Shown: piece by piece, positions 40,660 through 53,980 of the stretch
Layout of the letters: every line of letters starts with the position of its first letter
Position numbering within the stretch: position 1 is the first letter of the stretch
Assembly (NCBI GenBank): GCA_004764695.1
Contig: SMSO01000033.1
Coordinates: forward strand, 992,001 to 1,056,000
Reading direction: 5' to 3'
Origin: Schizochytrium sp. TIO01
Lineage: Eukaryota; Protista; Bigyra: Labyrinthulomycetes
DNA: 64,000 bases
Notes under the pieces: model-generated
The model's database searches: none
What the model saw: the letters and a program-made list of their open reading frames with translations, nothing else
What the model was told of the DNA's origin: nothing
Translations under genes and position numbers: made by a program

Positions 40660-41979
40660 TTACATCATTTGGAGGGTAGCGGCCAACGGGGCTTGATAGC
40701 CCTCGTTAACAAGTATATCCCAGTCAATGATACGAAAGAGCGAGTGGGTTTTGAGGTCGCGGAGGCCGAGCTCATAACAGATGCGGCGAGTGGGGTCCTT
40801 GCGAAGCATACTGCGGAGCAGGGATTTGAATTCATTCATGATGGGGCGGTCCTCAAGAGGGAAATCCAGCGGTGCAACACAGATGAGGTTACAGGTTTCC
40901 TGCGCGGTGTCAGCTCCCCAGGGCCAGCAACCGAAGCACATTTCGTAAAGAATAACGCCGAGGCTCCACCAGTCGGTTTCAAATCCATGCTTCTCGCGCT
41001 TGAGAATTTCTGGCGCAGAGTAGGACAATGTCCCTGATGTAGTGACTACCTGGAGCCGGCCTGTGACAGGGTCAAGGTGTTCTTGTTCATTAAGTTCCAT
41101 GGCGAGACCAAAATCTAGTAGACGGACGTGACCTTCTCCAGAAATGCCGATGTTTTCTGGCTTGAGGTCGCCATGCATGATGTTGTGGTCGTGAAGGTGC
41201 TGAATTGCTGCCGCAATCTCGGCGGTATAAAAGACAATTTCCTCTGGTTGAAGTTCTTCTTTGTACAAGTGGGTAAAGAGATCGCCACCAGCGCAAAGTT
41301 CCATACCAATGTAGATGTTTCCGTGAGCGTGGAGTGAAAAGTGGAAGTCGAGGATTAGTGGGCTCTTTTGGGGCATGTTTGCGATTTTACGAATCATGTC
41401 AACCTCGGCAAGGACTTGCGAGCTTCTGCTTGATGTATCTGCTCCCTCTCCTTGGAGGCTCTGCACACTGACGATTTTCAGCGCAAATGGTGCCTCGGGC
41501 TCCTCATCTGCTGCAGGCAGGTCAAAGTTCAAGGGGAGATCCACAAATGACCCGAACTCTGCCAAGAGCTCGTTAGATCTATCAATGTCCACAGAGCCTT
41601 CCCAGGTTTGCTGCTGGGCAATCACTCGCGCCAGGTCCTCACGAGGCTGCTTATATAATGAAAGTCGTGCGCCTCTATTCTTTTGCTGTCTCGAATTGTG
41701 TCGATCTGCCCAGGCTGCGATGGCAACCTGGCCACAGCTTCCGTCCGCAAGGAACCTCAAGAGCTCTACGCTGCGAATCTGTGTTGCGAGTTCCTGTTGT
41801 TGTTGTTGTTGTTGTTGTTGCGGCTGCTGCTGCTTCTGTAGTTGTTTGTGCAGCAGCTGCTGCTGCTGCTGCTGCTGGCAATCGCAGGGGCGGTGGTGGA
41901 TCTGCGGGAGGTCGTCGCGTAGACGCATTTCCGCCACGCGACTCTCGCTTGCAGGGCGTGCTTTCAAGCCGCTCATCAT
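40660..41979 (-). CDS. Ser/Thr protein kinase, AGC-group-like, with N-terminal polyQ
   Basis: 439 aa. Motifs FALKIV, AEV, MELCAGGDLFTHL, FYTAEIAAAIQHLH, HGDLKPEN, DFGLA, GTLSYSAPE, DWWSLGVILYEM and HSLFRIIDW. An in-frame stop lies upstream of the ATG. Confidence 0.92.
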   Translation of the reverse strand: MMSGLKARPASESRVAEMRLRDDLPQIHHRPCDCQQQQQQQLLHKQLQKQQQPQQQQQQQQQELATQIRSVELLRFLADGSCGQVAIAAWADRHNSRQQKNRGARLSLYKQPREDLARVIAQQQTWEGSVDIDRSNELLAEFGSFVDLPLNFDLPAADEEPEAPFALKIVSVQSLQGEGADTSSRSSQVLAEVDMIRKIANMPQKSPLILDFHFSLHAHGNIYIGMELCAGGDLFTHLYKEELQPEEIVFYTAEIAAAIQHLHDHNIMHGDLKPENIGISGEGHVRLLDFGLAMELNEQEHLDPVTGRLQVVTTSGTLSYSAPEILKREKHGFETDWWSLGVILYEMCFGCWPWGADTAQETCNLICVAPLDFPLEDRPIMNEFKSLLRSMLRKDPTRRICYELGLRDLKTHSLFRIIDWDILVNEGYQAPLAATLQMM

Positions 41980-44750
41980 CTTGGCGTGCTCTGCCTCGAT
42001 TCTCGCCTCCTTGCGGAAGCGGATTGGGGCGTGCTTGTCGCGCGTGGGTTACGGGTTTGCTGCCACTGACTCAGACTCACTTATTCCTCGCTTTCTTTTT
42101 CTCTTTCTCCCCTTATTCTCTCTTGTTTTATCTCGCAGGTCTTTCTTTCTTTTATATTTCTTTGTTTGTTTGTTTCTTTCTTTTTAATTCTTCCTCGTGC
42201 CTTCCTCTCGCACCTCTACCATTATCCTAATGCACCCTAGAACTACTCATTATATAAAAATAAATCTGTTTACACTTCAGCACGATATGAAATCAGAAAC
42301 ATGACATTGCGGAAACAAACTTGAATTTCACTTTACTTTATAATTAGAAAGTCTCCACTGGCAATTTTTGTTAAAAAAACAAAAAAACAAAAAAAAACGT
42401 TTAGTACATTTATTTATGTAAAAGAGTAAAAAGAATAAAGACTTGAAATTAATTATCTGCCCTCAGCCAATGAAGCTTTCACTTATCATCAATCTCCTTT
42501 TTCAAGGCTGGCCGGTGAACTTTGCTGTAGGCTCTAAGGCGCCTACCCATCCGTGAGGCTACGTGAGGGGGAGGGGGAGGTACCCGCTCTCCTGCCCATA
42601 TTTTCAAACATTTCCCGCGACGTCTTCTTTCACATATACTCCCTAAGTCTTCTTTCGTCATGGTATTATGTATTTCTTCTAAAACAAATATGAAAGAAAG
42701 AAAAGAGAGAGAAAAGAAAGAAAGAGCACCGGTCTTTCGTCCTTTCATTCAGTCATTTGAACAAACAAGCCTGAGAGTGAGCAGATGCAAAGACTCCAGT
42801 CAGTCACGATAGGTACGGACCACTTCCGGTGCGCATTACTCAGGCCCCTGAGTAAATGGAGGTGTAAGTGAGCGATAGAGCTTCGATCAATACATAATTG
42901 AATAAATGAAGATAAATGAATAAGTCAACAAGTAAGGCAAAAGAGCATGACGCCTGGCTCGCGCTTTCGAATTTCTTTCTTTTTATCTCACGCAGCCTCT
43001 CTTTCTCAGCCGCTCAGAACTTCAGCACCAAAGAAAGCTCTCTTTTCCTCCATATTGATTATGATCGCAATTACTAAAGGATAATATTCTGTTTTGTTTC
43101 TGTTTGTTTTTTAAAGCTAGATGAAGGCTATACGCGGTTACCATTCAATAGGCGATTATAAGATAACTCCATAGAAGATAAAAGAAATAGTCATGTTTAG
43201 ATTTATTGCTGTCGACTATGACAGCTGCAAAGATCATGATAGCCTTTATGCCTGATTAGAAAGAAATATAATTTAATAAAGTAACCAACACAGTCTTCCA
43301 TCTTTTATCTTTTTAACCCCCAATGGGAATGAACGAGTGATAACTTTCACAATTACCCTTTCTTCCATCTTAGACTTCTTCCAACATACGTCTGGCTTGC
43401 ACTGTATATTCTCCCGTTCTCCTTTCCAAAGTTGTCTCAAAATCTTATTTTATTATTTTTTAAACAAAGGAATTATTGCTTTGTATTTTATTTAAAATCA
43501 AAAGTGTAAGTAAGACAATTAATATTTGAAATTAACAAAAAAAAATGTAGCCAGAGCCCTGCCGCATTCGATTAGGTAGCTTCCACCCCAAAGGATCTCG
43601 AGCTCAAATCTGCAAGGCTCTGGCAAAGTTGGAATGGATCTTCATCTTCTATTGGTGAATGGAATATTTAAATGCCTTGCTGCAGACCCACCTTTAGCGA
43701 CGCAGACAGCAGCATCAGCGGGAGCTACTACTCCCAGAGTAGCCGTCGTTCCATCTTCACTTTTGGCAAAGTTTCATTGAAGTCAAAATCTATATCTTCT
43801 TCTTCTTCTTTTATCTTTTATCTTTTTGAGGAATAAACAGAATAAACTGATTTCTTTTCTGTTTTGGTTACTCTTCCTTTCCTCCCTCCCTCCCAAATCA
43901 CTTTGGTCTCTCCAGCAGAATGAGAAGAAGAAGTTTTTTGTTTGTTTTTTCAGTCCTACTAGACTATTAGCCCTTCCTACCGAAATCAGGAAGAGAGAGA
44001 GAAAAAGCGGCCTCGCAGGTCTCAAAATGTTTTTCTTTCTCCTCCGAGTCGGCCTCTTTCGGGCTGCGTTTCCACCGAAGCCTTTGGGAGCACGTGGGGA
44101 ACACTTAGCCGCTAAGCCGCTGCTACTGAGCTGACCACTTCACTAAGCGAATTCGCCGCAAGAAGCTCTATCCGTCTTCGAGTTAAAATAACGATATCAA
44201 TCATCGATACCAGCTGGACAGTGAGACAACCAGGCCACTCTTGCTACCTAGCTTGCTACCTAGCTCGAGGCCTGCCTGCCTGCCTGCCTGTGATCAGGCA
44301 GTATTTATCGAGGTGCTTGCTCAGTGCTCACAGTGGTGCAGTTCCGAAGAACCAGAACAGCGAAGAAACGCAATCGCAGCTATAGCTAGCTAGCTAGCTC
44401 CCTCAGAGTCGAGGAATGCCTTTCTTCACGAGTCGAGGGACAGTCAGTCAGTCAGTTACTCGCTCCCTTCACATGCCTGCCTGCCTGCCTGCCTCGAGCA
44501 GGTTGCCTCCGCAGCCAGATCGACCTGACGATCACTTGGATAGATAGACCAGACTAGCTTGCACAAGGCAGGCGAACCGGGTTGGTTTAGTCAACCAGCG
44601 CCATCCGGGTTGTACTATTGGCTTTGCCAAATGCCATGAGTGGGGATGACGAATGCGGGGAACTCACCTGCCGAAGGTGAAATCCGTATTCTTGAGGTGC
44701 TTCGCATGAACACGCCAAAGGCCACAGCAGCAGCAGCATCATCATCATCA

Positions 44751-44959
44751 GCAGCAGCAGCAGCAGAAGAAGAAGAAGAAGAAGAAGAAGAAGAAGCAGT
44801 TACCAGCTCATGGCTGGACCGCTTCTCTGCACAAACTCTGTGCTCTTGCTCCCAAAAGCGCATCAAGGCGAGGAAAGCAAGCCCTAAACGGGGTCTTCAC
44901 TCGCACTTGTGTCTTAGGTATCCCTCTTCTTCTTCTTCTTCTTCTGCTGCTGCTGCTGC
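44751..44959. repeat. 35-bp perfect inverted repeat made of compound microsatellite arms
   Basis: (GCA)5(GAA)6GA at 44751-44785 is the reverse complement of 44925-44959; spacer 139 nt. Confidence 0.85.
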
Positions 44960-45234
44960 CTGTGCATGTGCGGAAGGGTTACAAAAAGTAAAGCACCCCA
45001 AGCAGCGGCAGGCAGGCTTGAAGAAGGCGAAGCAGTGTGCTCGTTTTGCGAAGAAGGGTCTTTCACGTCGATCGCCAGCTAGCTGCAAAAGGCCGACTCA
45101 GTCTCGTAGCCTTGTGTGGAGCGGCTGCTGCTTATTAGATTGCCTGCATTCGTTCTCCAGCACCCGACCAGAATCAAGCGCTTGGCCATTTCGTGAGGTG
45201 GTGGTGCTCTTCGAGCCACCTTCCAAGCGTGCCG

Positions 45235-45278
<44 letters not shown>

Positions 45279-45515
45279 GATCGATGGCTGGCTTATCCAC
45301 ACTGACTGGCTGGCGCAGGGTTGACTTTGTTTGCGCTGAGCTTGCATGCATGCATGCATGCTTGCATGATAGGCAGGTGCGTACCTCTTCGCTGTCTTCT
45401 TCTTCGTCCTTGCACCATTGACACAAGACGGCCCACAAAACAGGCAAACGAAAAGGGCCATTTCCGTCGTGGCGTTTCTGATCCTGCTCCAGAAAGACCC
45501 TCAAGGTCTTTCGCT

Positions 45516-45558
<43 letters not shown>

Positions 45559-47208
45559 CTTCTCTTTTCCCTCTAACTACCTTATATCTCGTATGGCAAT
45601 GAGCTCTCTCTCTCTCTCTGTCTCCTGTGAGGCCTGGCTGCGCATGCTCTCTTTTTTATATTTATTTCATTTCTTCCACCCCTACCATTGTAAACCCAGG
45701 AGCCCAGAAAGATGAAAACAATTAGATACACGCATAGTATTTACGTACAATTTAAAATTAAATAGATGTTTGATTATCAGTTATTAGTTATTAATTATTA
45801 TTTTAAAGGAAAGTAGAGCTAAGAATTAAAAACACGATTGACAGGTCTTTCGCCTTTTCTGTCCTGAATATGTATATGGATGTATATGTGTATGAACAAA
45901 CCCCCGAAACACGCAGAAGGACTAGAACGTAGCGCACGCCTCCTCATGCATTGCTCATTGAACTTTAAACGCGTGCCAGGAAGGGATCGCCGATCGCCCG
46001 GTTCCTCGTGCGTCTGTCTGCCAACTGATCTGTCTCTCTCTGCGTCTCTCTCTTTCTGCCTGCGGCCGAGCACGGGTTGCTGTTAGACAGACACTCAGCA
46101 CTCATGTTTGGGTTTCTTTCTCTTTCAAAGTCCCTTCTTTTGTTTTCATCTCTAGAGTCGTAGTATGTAAGATACCTTCGAAGCACTGCTGACATTAAAA
46201 GCCCAATGCTCTTTTGTTTCCCATAATTGCTTCTACGTAGCTAGCTAGCTAGGTACGTTTCTTCTTTCTTCTCTTCTCTTCTCTTCTCTTCTGTTCTCTC
46301 TCTTTTCTTTTCTTTTCTTTTCTTTTCTTTTCTTTTCTTTTCTTTTCTTTTCTTTATCCTGCTATGCTTTCTTGCTTTCTTTCCTCCTCTCTGTTTGCCA
46401 ACTATTTCAAGAAGGTTGCGGCGAAGGCCCTTCCTGTTTTCATAACTGTTTTGTGGGTAGTATGCCCCTAAGTAGTAGATAGCGATAATGCTGCTTTCTT
46501 TTCCTCTTACTTTTCCGGTCTCTAATCTTAGTTTTATGTTTATTGAAAAAATCAAGCAAAGTTAATAAAAATATTGTCATTCTTTTCCTCTTCAATTGAG
46601 TACACAGACCGACATGTGCTCAAACTTTAGATGAAGGAATCGCATCACAAAGTCGGTGGGCCCCCTCTGAAGGAAGAAAGGACTTTCCTGCTACTTCGCT
46701 TTATAATCTAAAGGTGACTTTTTCTTTTTCTTTTTAAAAGTACATCATATATATTATATTTAATAAAATAAAATAAAACAAAATAAGCTTTGTTTTGCTC
46801 CGCATTGCCGGAAACGGTTATATCGCTCAGCAGCTCGGGGCCGCCAGTGAGCGCCTCTGTCCCTTCATCTCCACGCGACGTGGAGCCCATCACAGGCGAA
46901 GCAACGCGGCTGCCAATCTCAACTTCGATGTCGGCCGACAGCTCGTAAGAGAGGGAAACAAGTAGAAAAAGAAGGACAAGAAGGACAAGAAAAACGAGCG
47001 GAACCCGAAGACATCCATCCTCGTCACTTTCTCTTTCTTTCCAAACTTTACCCGACGCCGCGTAACTATGTAACCTGCAGGTCGTAGGTAAGACCACGCT
47101 TTGAATGAATACTTTGCGAATTTCTCAGCAGTGGAAGTATCTCGAGCTTCCAGAGGGAAGGGTCGGACGCCCTCACAACCAATTTGGAGGTCCTCTCTCT
47201 CTCTCACT

Positions 47209-47268
47209 CAATCAGAACAATCAAAACAATCAAAACAACCAAAACAACCAAAACAACCAAAACAACCA
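47209..47268. repeat. 9-bp tandem repeat AAAACAA(T/C)C
   Basis: Read directly; about 6 units. Confidence 0.85.
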
Positions 47269-49576
47269 GAGCTCCTCTGGTTCGAGGTATGAGGTTTGAT
47301 TCTGAACGAATTGAATTATCCTGCATGAATTATCTTCGGGTAAAGAGCTGCGAAACAGCGCAGGCCTTTTACGCCACCTCGAGAGAGTGAGGTGCACAGC
47401 ACGTGGTTGAAGGGTGCTGCGTAATTATTCATTCATTCATTCATTCATTCGCGCAGTCAATGAATGAATGCGAAGACCTTTGCATTAAACACAAGCGACA
47501 GTCTGTTTGAGCCGCCTCTCGAAAAGCTTCTGTGTATGGATGGCCCAACCATCATGAATTGCCCGAAAGCATGTGAAGTTTCGAGGACTAAGTACCTAGG
47601 TACGATTAGTTGTAAGCAACAGCTTTGCGGTAGGGATCAAGGTGCGGTGATGATGATTATGAATGACCCTTCTTCTTTCAAGTTGTGCCTATGACTGTGT
47701 GTGTATCCTCTCTCTAGAGCACAGCAAGAACAGATGACGGAGGGCTTCAGGTTTTTTTGACTCGAGGTTCTTGCGAGTTCGTGGATGCAAGGGCAGACCG
47801 GAGACCTCACCCAGCCAGCGAGCAAGCGAGCAAGCAAGCAAGCAAGCGAGCAAGCGGCCGCGATGGCCTCCAGAGCTGGTGGCTCGCTAGCCAGGCTTCT
47901 CGTGTCCTCCATTTTGACTCCGGACAGGAAGATCGACTTTGACAGGTTTCCGGACATCCACCCAAATCCAACGAGATAAATACCTCTTATCTATCTGAGA
48001 GAGGGAGAGAAAGAGAGAGAGAGCAAGAGTTTTCAAGACCTCGCGCTGAGCCAAGTAGAAGGAAGGAGTCAGATGGAGGAAAGACACGCCTTCCTCTCCT
48101 ATAAGCGCCTGCGCAGCTGAACCTGCTGAGTCTATAATATTTATTATCTTCAAGATGCAAGTTGCATTCCAAGCCGCTTTCCGTCTGGCGGTTGTGCTGT
48201 TGTCTTGGTCTGATTGACGCCCGCCCATCTTCAGTCCTTGCCGTCTCTTGCGTGCTGACGGGTGGTCCTCAGCCTACCCACTGCAATGAATGCATGCCTG
48301 AGGGTACGAATGCTGAATTTTTCTTTTGAGTCCTTCACACGTTTTGAGCGCCCAAAGCAAAATTCAGGTTGAAATTCCTTGGAATAAATAAAAGCCAAGA
48401 ACTTCCTTTCCTACACAGGCTTGGCGCCTACGGCGTGCCTAGCTGATAAGCTAGAACGCAAAGGGAGCTAGGGTTTCCGCGTTCTCCAGCTAGAGCACAG
48501 ACTTTGGACGGACAGGAAGAGAGAGGCGGGGGTAATTTATAATTAATTTACTCCACATCCTCAATGCAAAAGCGTGCACCGTAGCTGTCAGGTAGGTAAC
48601 GATGTAGCGCCCAAGGTGTTTGGAGAGACTGGCCTGACTCTTTCCCGGTGAATTCCCGCATTGGACGGCACAACAGCTGGAGCATAGGCTCGACTTGAAA
48701 GACCTCGCTCAGCCGCCCCTTCTTTCTCGCGCTTACCTGGTCTTCTCCACCGTCGCGTGCCAGCTTCAGCCGCACCGTCAAGCAGTGCTGTCTTCACATG
48801 CTGTCTGTCTTCACACGGGCTTCCGTGCGAGCTACCTGCCTATCTTGCGGCCTCACTTGCTTTCACAGTGTTCAGAGGAAGGAGGGCTCGCTCATCGAAG
48901 GGAAAAGGCGCCACAGCAAACCCGCCATTTGTGTTTTTCTTCTCTAGCTAGCTAGCTAGCTAGCTAGTAGAGTGGCTGTCCGAGCGAGAGCGGAGAAACA
49001 GAACATTGATTGAATACAGTCTCTACCGGCATTCTTCTCATTTGGGAAAGAAAGACTCGCTCGCCACCTAGTTCCTTGTTTGTTAGTAGAGTCTCTGATC
49101 AGGAAAACAGTGAAAGACAGGCACTTGGATGGAAGAAGGAGAGAAATCCTTCATCCCGGCGGCCAGCCTCTCCGCCAGCCACTCGAGCGCTGGCCGTGCC
49201 TGTTGAGCTAGCTAGCTAGCAACCAGCCAGCCACTGAGCGAGCGGGTCTTCTCTCTCTCTCACTCACGTTGGGTCGCTTCCTGCAGGCGAAAACTCTGCG
49301 GTCGAAAAGTGAGCTCCTGTGAAAGAGCAACTCAAGCACCTCGGAGCAACTTCAAGTTCTTTTCTGCGCCCTCTTCCCTTTCTTTGTCACCCATTCACGA
49401 TCGAGCGCCTCTTGTGGGATTCATGTGACTTCGAGCCATATCGCTACACCCAATTAGCTCATTTCCTCTGACTTCACAATTGGCCTATCGTTTGTTCTGT
49501 TCGTTTTGTTGTGCCATTCGTTCGTTCATTCGTTCATTCATTCATTCATTTATATACATGCATATATATATAATAT

Positions 49577-49634
49577 TCATTCATTCATTCATTCATTCAT
49601 TCATTCATTCATTCATTCATTCATTCATTCATTC
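49577..49634. repeat. (TCAT)n microsatellite
   Basis: Read directly. Confidence 0.95.
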
Positions 49635-52627
49635 ATCCATCCATCCATTCATCATTCAGAGTGCTCAGTTTCCTTTTTTGAGTCCGCAACGGCAAAAGGA
49701 GGCTCCAGAGGGCAGTAGTGGGGATGCTCGACAGCAGGTTTGACTGCCTTTTCGTGGGCCTGGTGGGGCGACAGATTAGATCAATTGGAAGCGAGACTCT
49801 TATTCGAAGCAGCGATTCCATGTAGGTATGTATGTATGTAATGTCTACAAAGTAGGTAGGTAGGTAGGTACCCACGGATAAGAAGATTCATCACTTCGTT
49901 AATAAACAGTTTCTAGAGCGAAGGCTGAAAGACGGAAGGAACCATTTTCACACCACTATTTTATATTCAATTTCATAACTTGATTTTAGTTTTATAAAAA
50001 AATTAAACTATTTTATTATTATTAATTTTTTAGAAAAAGAAAACTGTAAAATAATGAGATAGCAATAGGTAGTTAGTGTACGAAGGACTACAAGCACGCA
50101 AAGTAGTGACTGCAATGGAAGAAGCGCGCGACTTGCGACCAGAGAAAGAGAGAGAGGGAGTCTGCCGGGTCTCCCAGAACAAGCAAGGCGAGGCGGGGTC
50201 TAGCTAGGTCGAAGTGGTGGAAGTAGTGGAAGTTGAGAAGCAGTGAGAGCTATTGGTTCCAAAATGAGGATAATCAGACGAGTTTTCAAAATGAGTAAGA
50301 AAGGATTTCAAGTAGACCTTATTCTAAAATGATTTTTATTTTTTTAATTAAAATAATCAAGTACCTTTGTAGGTACTTGGTTTTCACAAGTCGGTCTCTC
50401 CGCAATCGGCAGATATAAATGCTTACGTTTTCTTGAAAGCAGGGTCCACGAACTATCGCATTCTATGAAAAGAAGATACGTTTAGAAACCGCGCAGGCAT
50501 TTCCAACTTTGCATTTCATTGCACAGCAGTGCTCGTAGTAAGGCCGGGCATGCGCGCGCTTCCTTACCTTCTGATTTCGTCTCGATCAAATTGCATTGAG
50601 CTAAGAAAATGTGAAGGAACCGAGGAACGGCAGTGTGTTACTTAAATGTCCTGAAAAGAAGCAGAGCTGTGATAGACGGAGAAAGTTGCACCCGCCTTTC
50701 ATTGTGAAAGAATCGTCATTCAAGCGAGTAGGTACAGCACCAATCCATAGCGAAGTTTCGACACCGTCAGAGGTACTGAGCTAAAGTCTTTTAACTAACT
50801 CGGGTAAAAAACCCAAGTCAACTCAATTTTCTAAAACCCATCTATGTGATGAACTAGTAGGTCGACTTTCTTTTTCTTTTACACCGAAGGACATGTACGT
50901 AGATACCTACTTCTAACTCAGCATTTAGAAATTGAGTTCATATTCCATTTTGTTCCAACAAATAAAAATAGCAAATGCATACATATAAAAAGAAAGACCT
51001 GAAAGAACACGAGACTAAAAACATAAATAGAACGGAGCTTCCACTGCATCACAGCACTCACCATCTCAACGCACTTTGAGGTGGCCACACCAAGGCCTGG
51101 ACAAAACAGCAGCGTGAGCATAGGGTATCCTTGAGGGCCCACCAACAGAGCTCTGAGAGGACCCATGCGGGTCCTGCCTGCTGCCGAAGCTTGCTCGCGG
51201 CCCCCAAACCGCTGCGCATAAGGTCCTGCAGTCCACGGGTTCTGTGAGGTGAACCGTCGCCGGTCTTATCGTCGTCACGTGGCTCAGCCAAGTAAGCTAG
51301 TCTCTCCTATTTGCGGCCCTGAAGATTAGAAGTTTCGGGCGCTTTATTTGTTTATTTTTGCTTATTTCTAAGTCGGCGCTTATATAGTAAAGTCGGCCGA
51401 GGCGATATATCATTCATTCATTCATTCATTCATTCATTCATATCGCACTCACATCGCGCGTCGTGTTGGCTGTTTTGAGGTTAAACAGGTTGCGTCGATG
51501 GTCTCGTCTCACGGCGCAACGCGGTTGATACTGCCGCGTAGCTCCTCTGGTCTCGAGCAAGAGTGCCGCAAAGCAGCAGACTTTCCTTATCTCTAGACTT
51601 CGCTCCCTTTGGAATAACGAACATACATACATCTAAAGAGGCCTTCAGGATAGAGGGGAAATCGAACCGCTTCTCCCTCTGAGAGTGACTCCGTTTCATA
51701 TTGGGTCTTTCTCGTCTCCTTTCTTTCGCCTTTCTTTCATCTTTCTATCACAGTGCACCCTAAACTTTCCCTCTCTGGTTACCAAAACGGGGGCGTCTGA
51801 GCGCCCTTCCGTTAGCACCGTGTATGTCGCTTTTGAGTCTCCTTCTTTCTTGATCTGCAAGTAGGTACAAGAAAAGAAAGATTTAACAGAATGTTTTTCT
51901 TCCAAAAAAAATGCAAGGAAATAATAAAGAAGAAGTCAGCTGGCCGGTCTATAGTTTAATAATGCCAAACACATATCTTTAAAATTTAAAATTAAAATTA
52001 AAATAGTACCCCAAGCGTCTCCGACTCGAGATATTCAAAAGCTGTAACTTTAATTAATTTTGTTTTGAATAAAGAATCTCTTTTTTTTTTTTTTTAAATA
52101 TATATACATATATAGAGTAAAAGCAAGTTTACGAGAAAAGCTTTTATCCAAACACGTATTTTGAGTTTCAGTGCATCTATTTTTATTTCGGGTGCTGTCG
52201 AGGTTGTTCAAGTTCGTTGTAGGATTAATCTCCTGAAGTGGTCAAAACTGCGACGAGCAGCCTTTCAGTTAGCAGTCTGCCTTTCAGATCAACAGACAAA
52301 TGTTTGAGTCGAGACACAGATTCAGAAAAGTGGTGAAATGCCATCGTCGTCGATTTGAGTGTTCTTGTCATAGAGCGATGTGTTTATTCCACCAATAAAA
52401 ATTGTTTAAAACGTTTAAGACCGGGAGTTTTAAGTTTTAAGCTCATCTCTGTTTACTTACACACAGGCCCTGTCGCTTAGTTTTGCAAGGGACGCCTTTC
52501 CCAAATCTATTAGCTTTCGGTGAACCCCCTCCATTCCTCCCGCCTACTTCTGAGCCTCTCGAAGCTGCTTTAGCATATTGAGCCGATTGTGCTCTGGGCG
52601 CACTCAAGTACAACTCTGGGTATTTGC

Positions 52628-52720
52628 TTGTTTGTTTGTTTGTTTGTTTGTTTGTTTGTTTGTTTGTTTGTTTGTTTGTTTGTTTGTTTGTTTGTTTGTT
52701 TGTTTGTTTGTTTGTTTGTT
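52628..52720. repeat. (TTTG)n microsatellite
   Basis: Read directly. Confidence 0.95.
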
Positions 52721-53894
52721 TTCTCGAGGCAGCCTACGCGGAATCGAGCATGCGCCAGGAATCCCCGACTTGGACCTTGCGCGCGCATCCTTCTTCTTCG
52801 AATTCAAGACTCAGACTTTACCGCGTGTAACTTGAATATTCCTCCACGTCGGAGCAATTTATTCCACCCAAGAGATTCTTCCTTTCTTTCTTTCTTTTCT
52901 GTCTTTCGCGTGTTTCAACGAGAGACTACTTAACCTGTCTACTCTCACCTGCTTCGCCATATCTATTCATTTATCGATCGCTTTCTGGGCACTTGAAAGG
53001 TTTCCATTCCCTCACTCATCGCGGACTAGTTTCCAGGTTTCAAAGTTCAAGATGTGGCTGTGGAATTGAGTTCTCAGAGCAGGGCAGAACGGAGCGACCG
53101 CGTTGATGAGCGGCTCCCAGGTCAAGGAGGAGGAGGAAGAGAGGCCGCCGTGAAATTTCTTTTCTGCATCCCGGCTCAGCTTTGTCTGTACCCTTGTCGC
53201 GATTCTTTCCGTTCGCTCGAGGTTCATGGAACGGCGCCGATTTGGGGTTCGCTGTAGGTATCGATCGCTTCGACTGCCGGAAGAAGAGTGCCAAATTACG
53301 AGGTGGGATAGGAAGAGGTCTCGAACTCAGGGCTAAAGACGGACTCCAGGAAGTCACTGGCACGAGAGCTGTGTAGGTGCTAGCTAATGTAAAGGAAAAG
53401 AAAAACTGGGCGTGCGCAAACGATCAAGATCTCAAGATCCAACTGTAAATACTTGGGAGTTATTTTCGCTGCTCAGTTTTCTTTATTTAGTTTAAAAATT
53501 GATGCACGTCACAACTCTGCGTACTGCATGGTGTACCTGTTACGTCATATCTTGGGAACCGCCCACGTTCTGCGAGATAACAAAGCAACCTTGTGATGTG
53601 ATGCAAGGCACGGGCCTTGAACAACAGGCAGATGTTGATGATTCTCAAATTTAACGGGCGAGCTGTTCTTGCTACAGTCAACAACATCTTTCAAGGGGCA
53701 GGTGGCTAGGTAGCACAGCGATTGTTATTTTTCTAATACGAGTTCGCACAGTTATGGTGCTCGATTTGGTATTCACTATGCTTTTAAAATTAAAAATTTA
53801 GTTTTATTTGTTTTTTAATGTTTCAAGTTCCATGGGTTAACAATCTATCTTGGCTCCTATCATCATCCATTTTGCGTAAATGAACGAAGGAACC

Positions 53895-53980
53895 AATGAA
53901 TGAATGAATGAATGAATGAATGAATGAATGAATGAATGAATGAATGAATGAATGAATGAATGAATGAATGAATGAATGAA
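53895..53980. repeat. (AATG)n microsatellite
   Basis: Read directly. Confidence 0.95.

Noticed and set aside
41375-42230. 270-aa poly-Cys and 190-aa poly-Val/Ala ORFs on the plus strand
   Set aside because: They are antisense shadows of the kinase polyQ tract.
44640-45305. 221-aa ORF with poly-Ala/Glu/Ser
   Set aside because: GTG start, SSR-derived content and no recognisable domain.
47360-47375. GCCTTTTAC, identical to U5 snRNA loop 1
   Set aside because: The flanks do not form the U5 stem and I see no Sm site, so it is a chance 9-mer.
50918-51291. RALLVGPQG resembling the start of a P-loop, followed by a GTGAGT donor
   Set aside because: No GK[ST] follows and no further NTPase motifs are visible.
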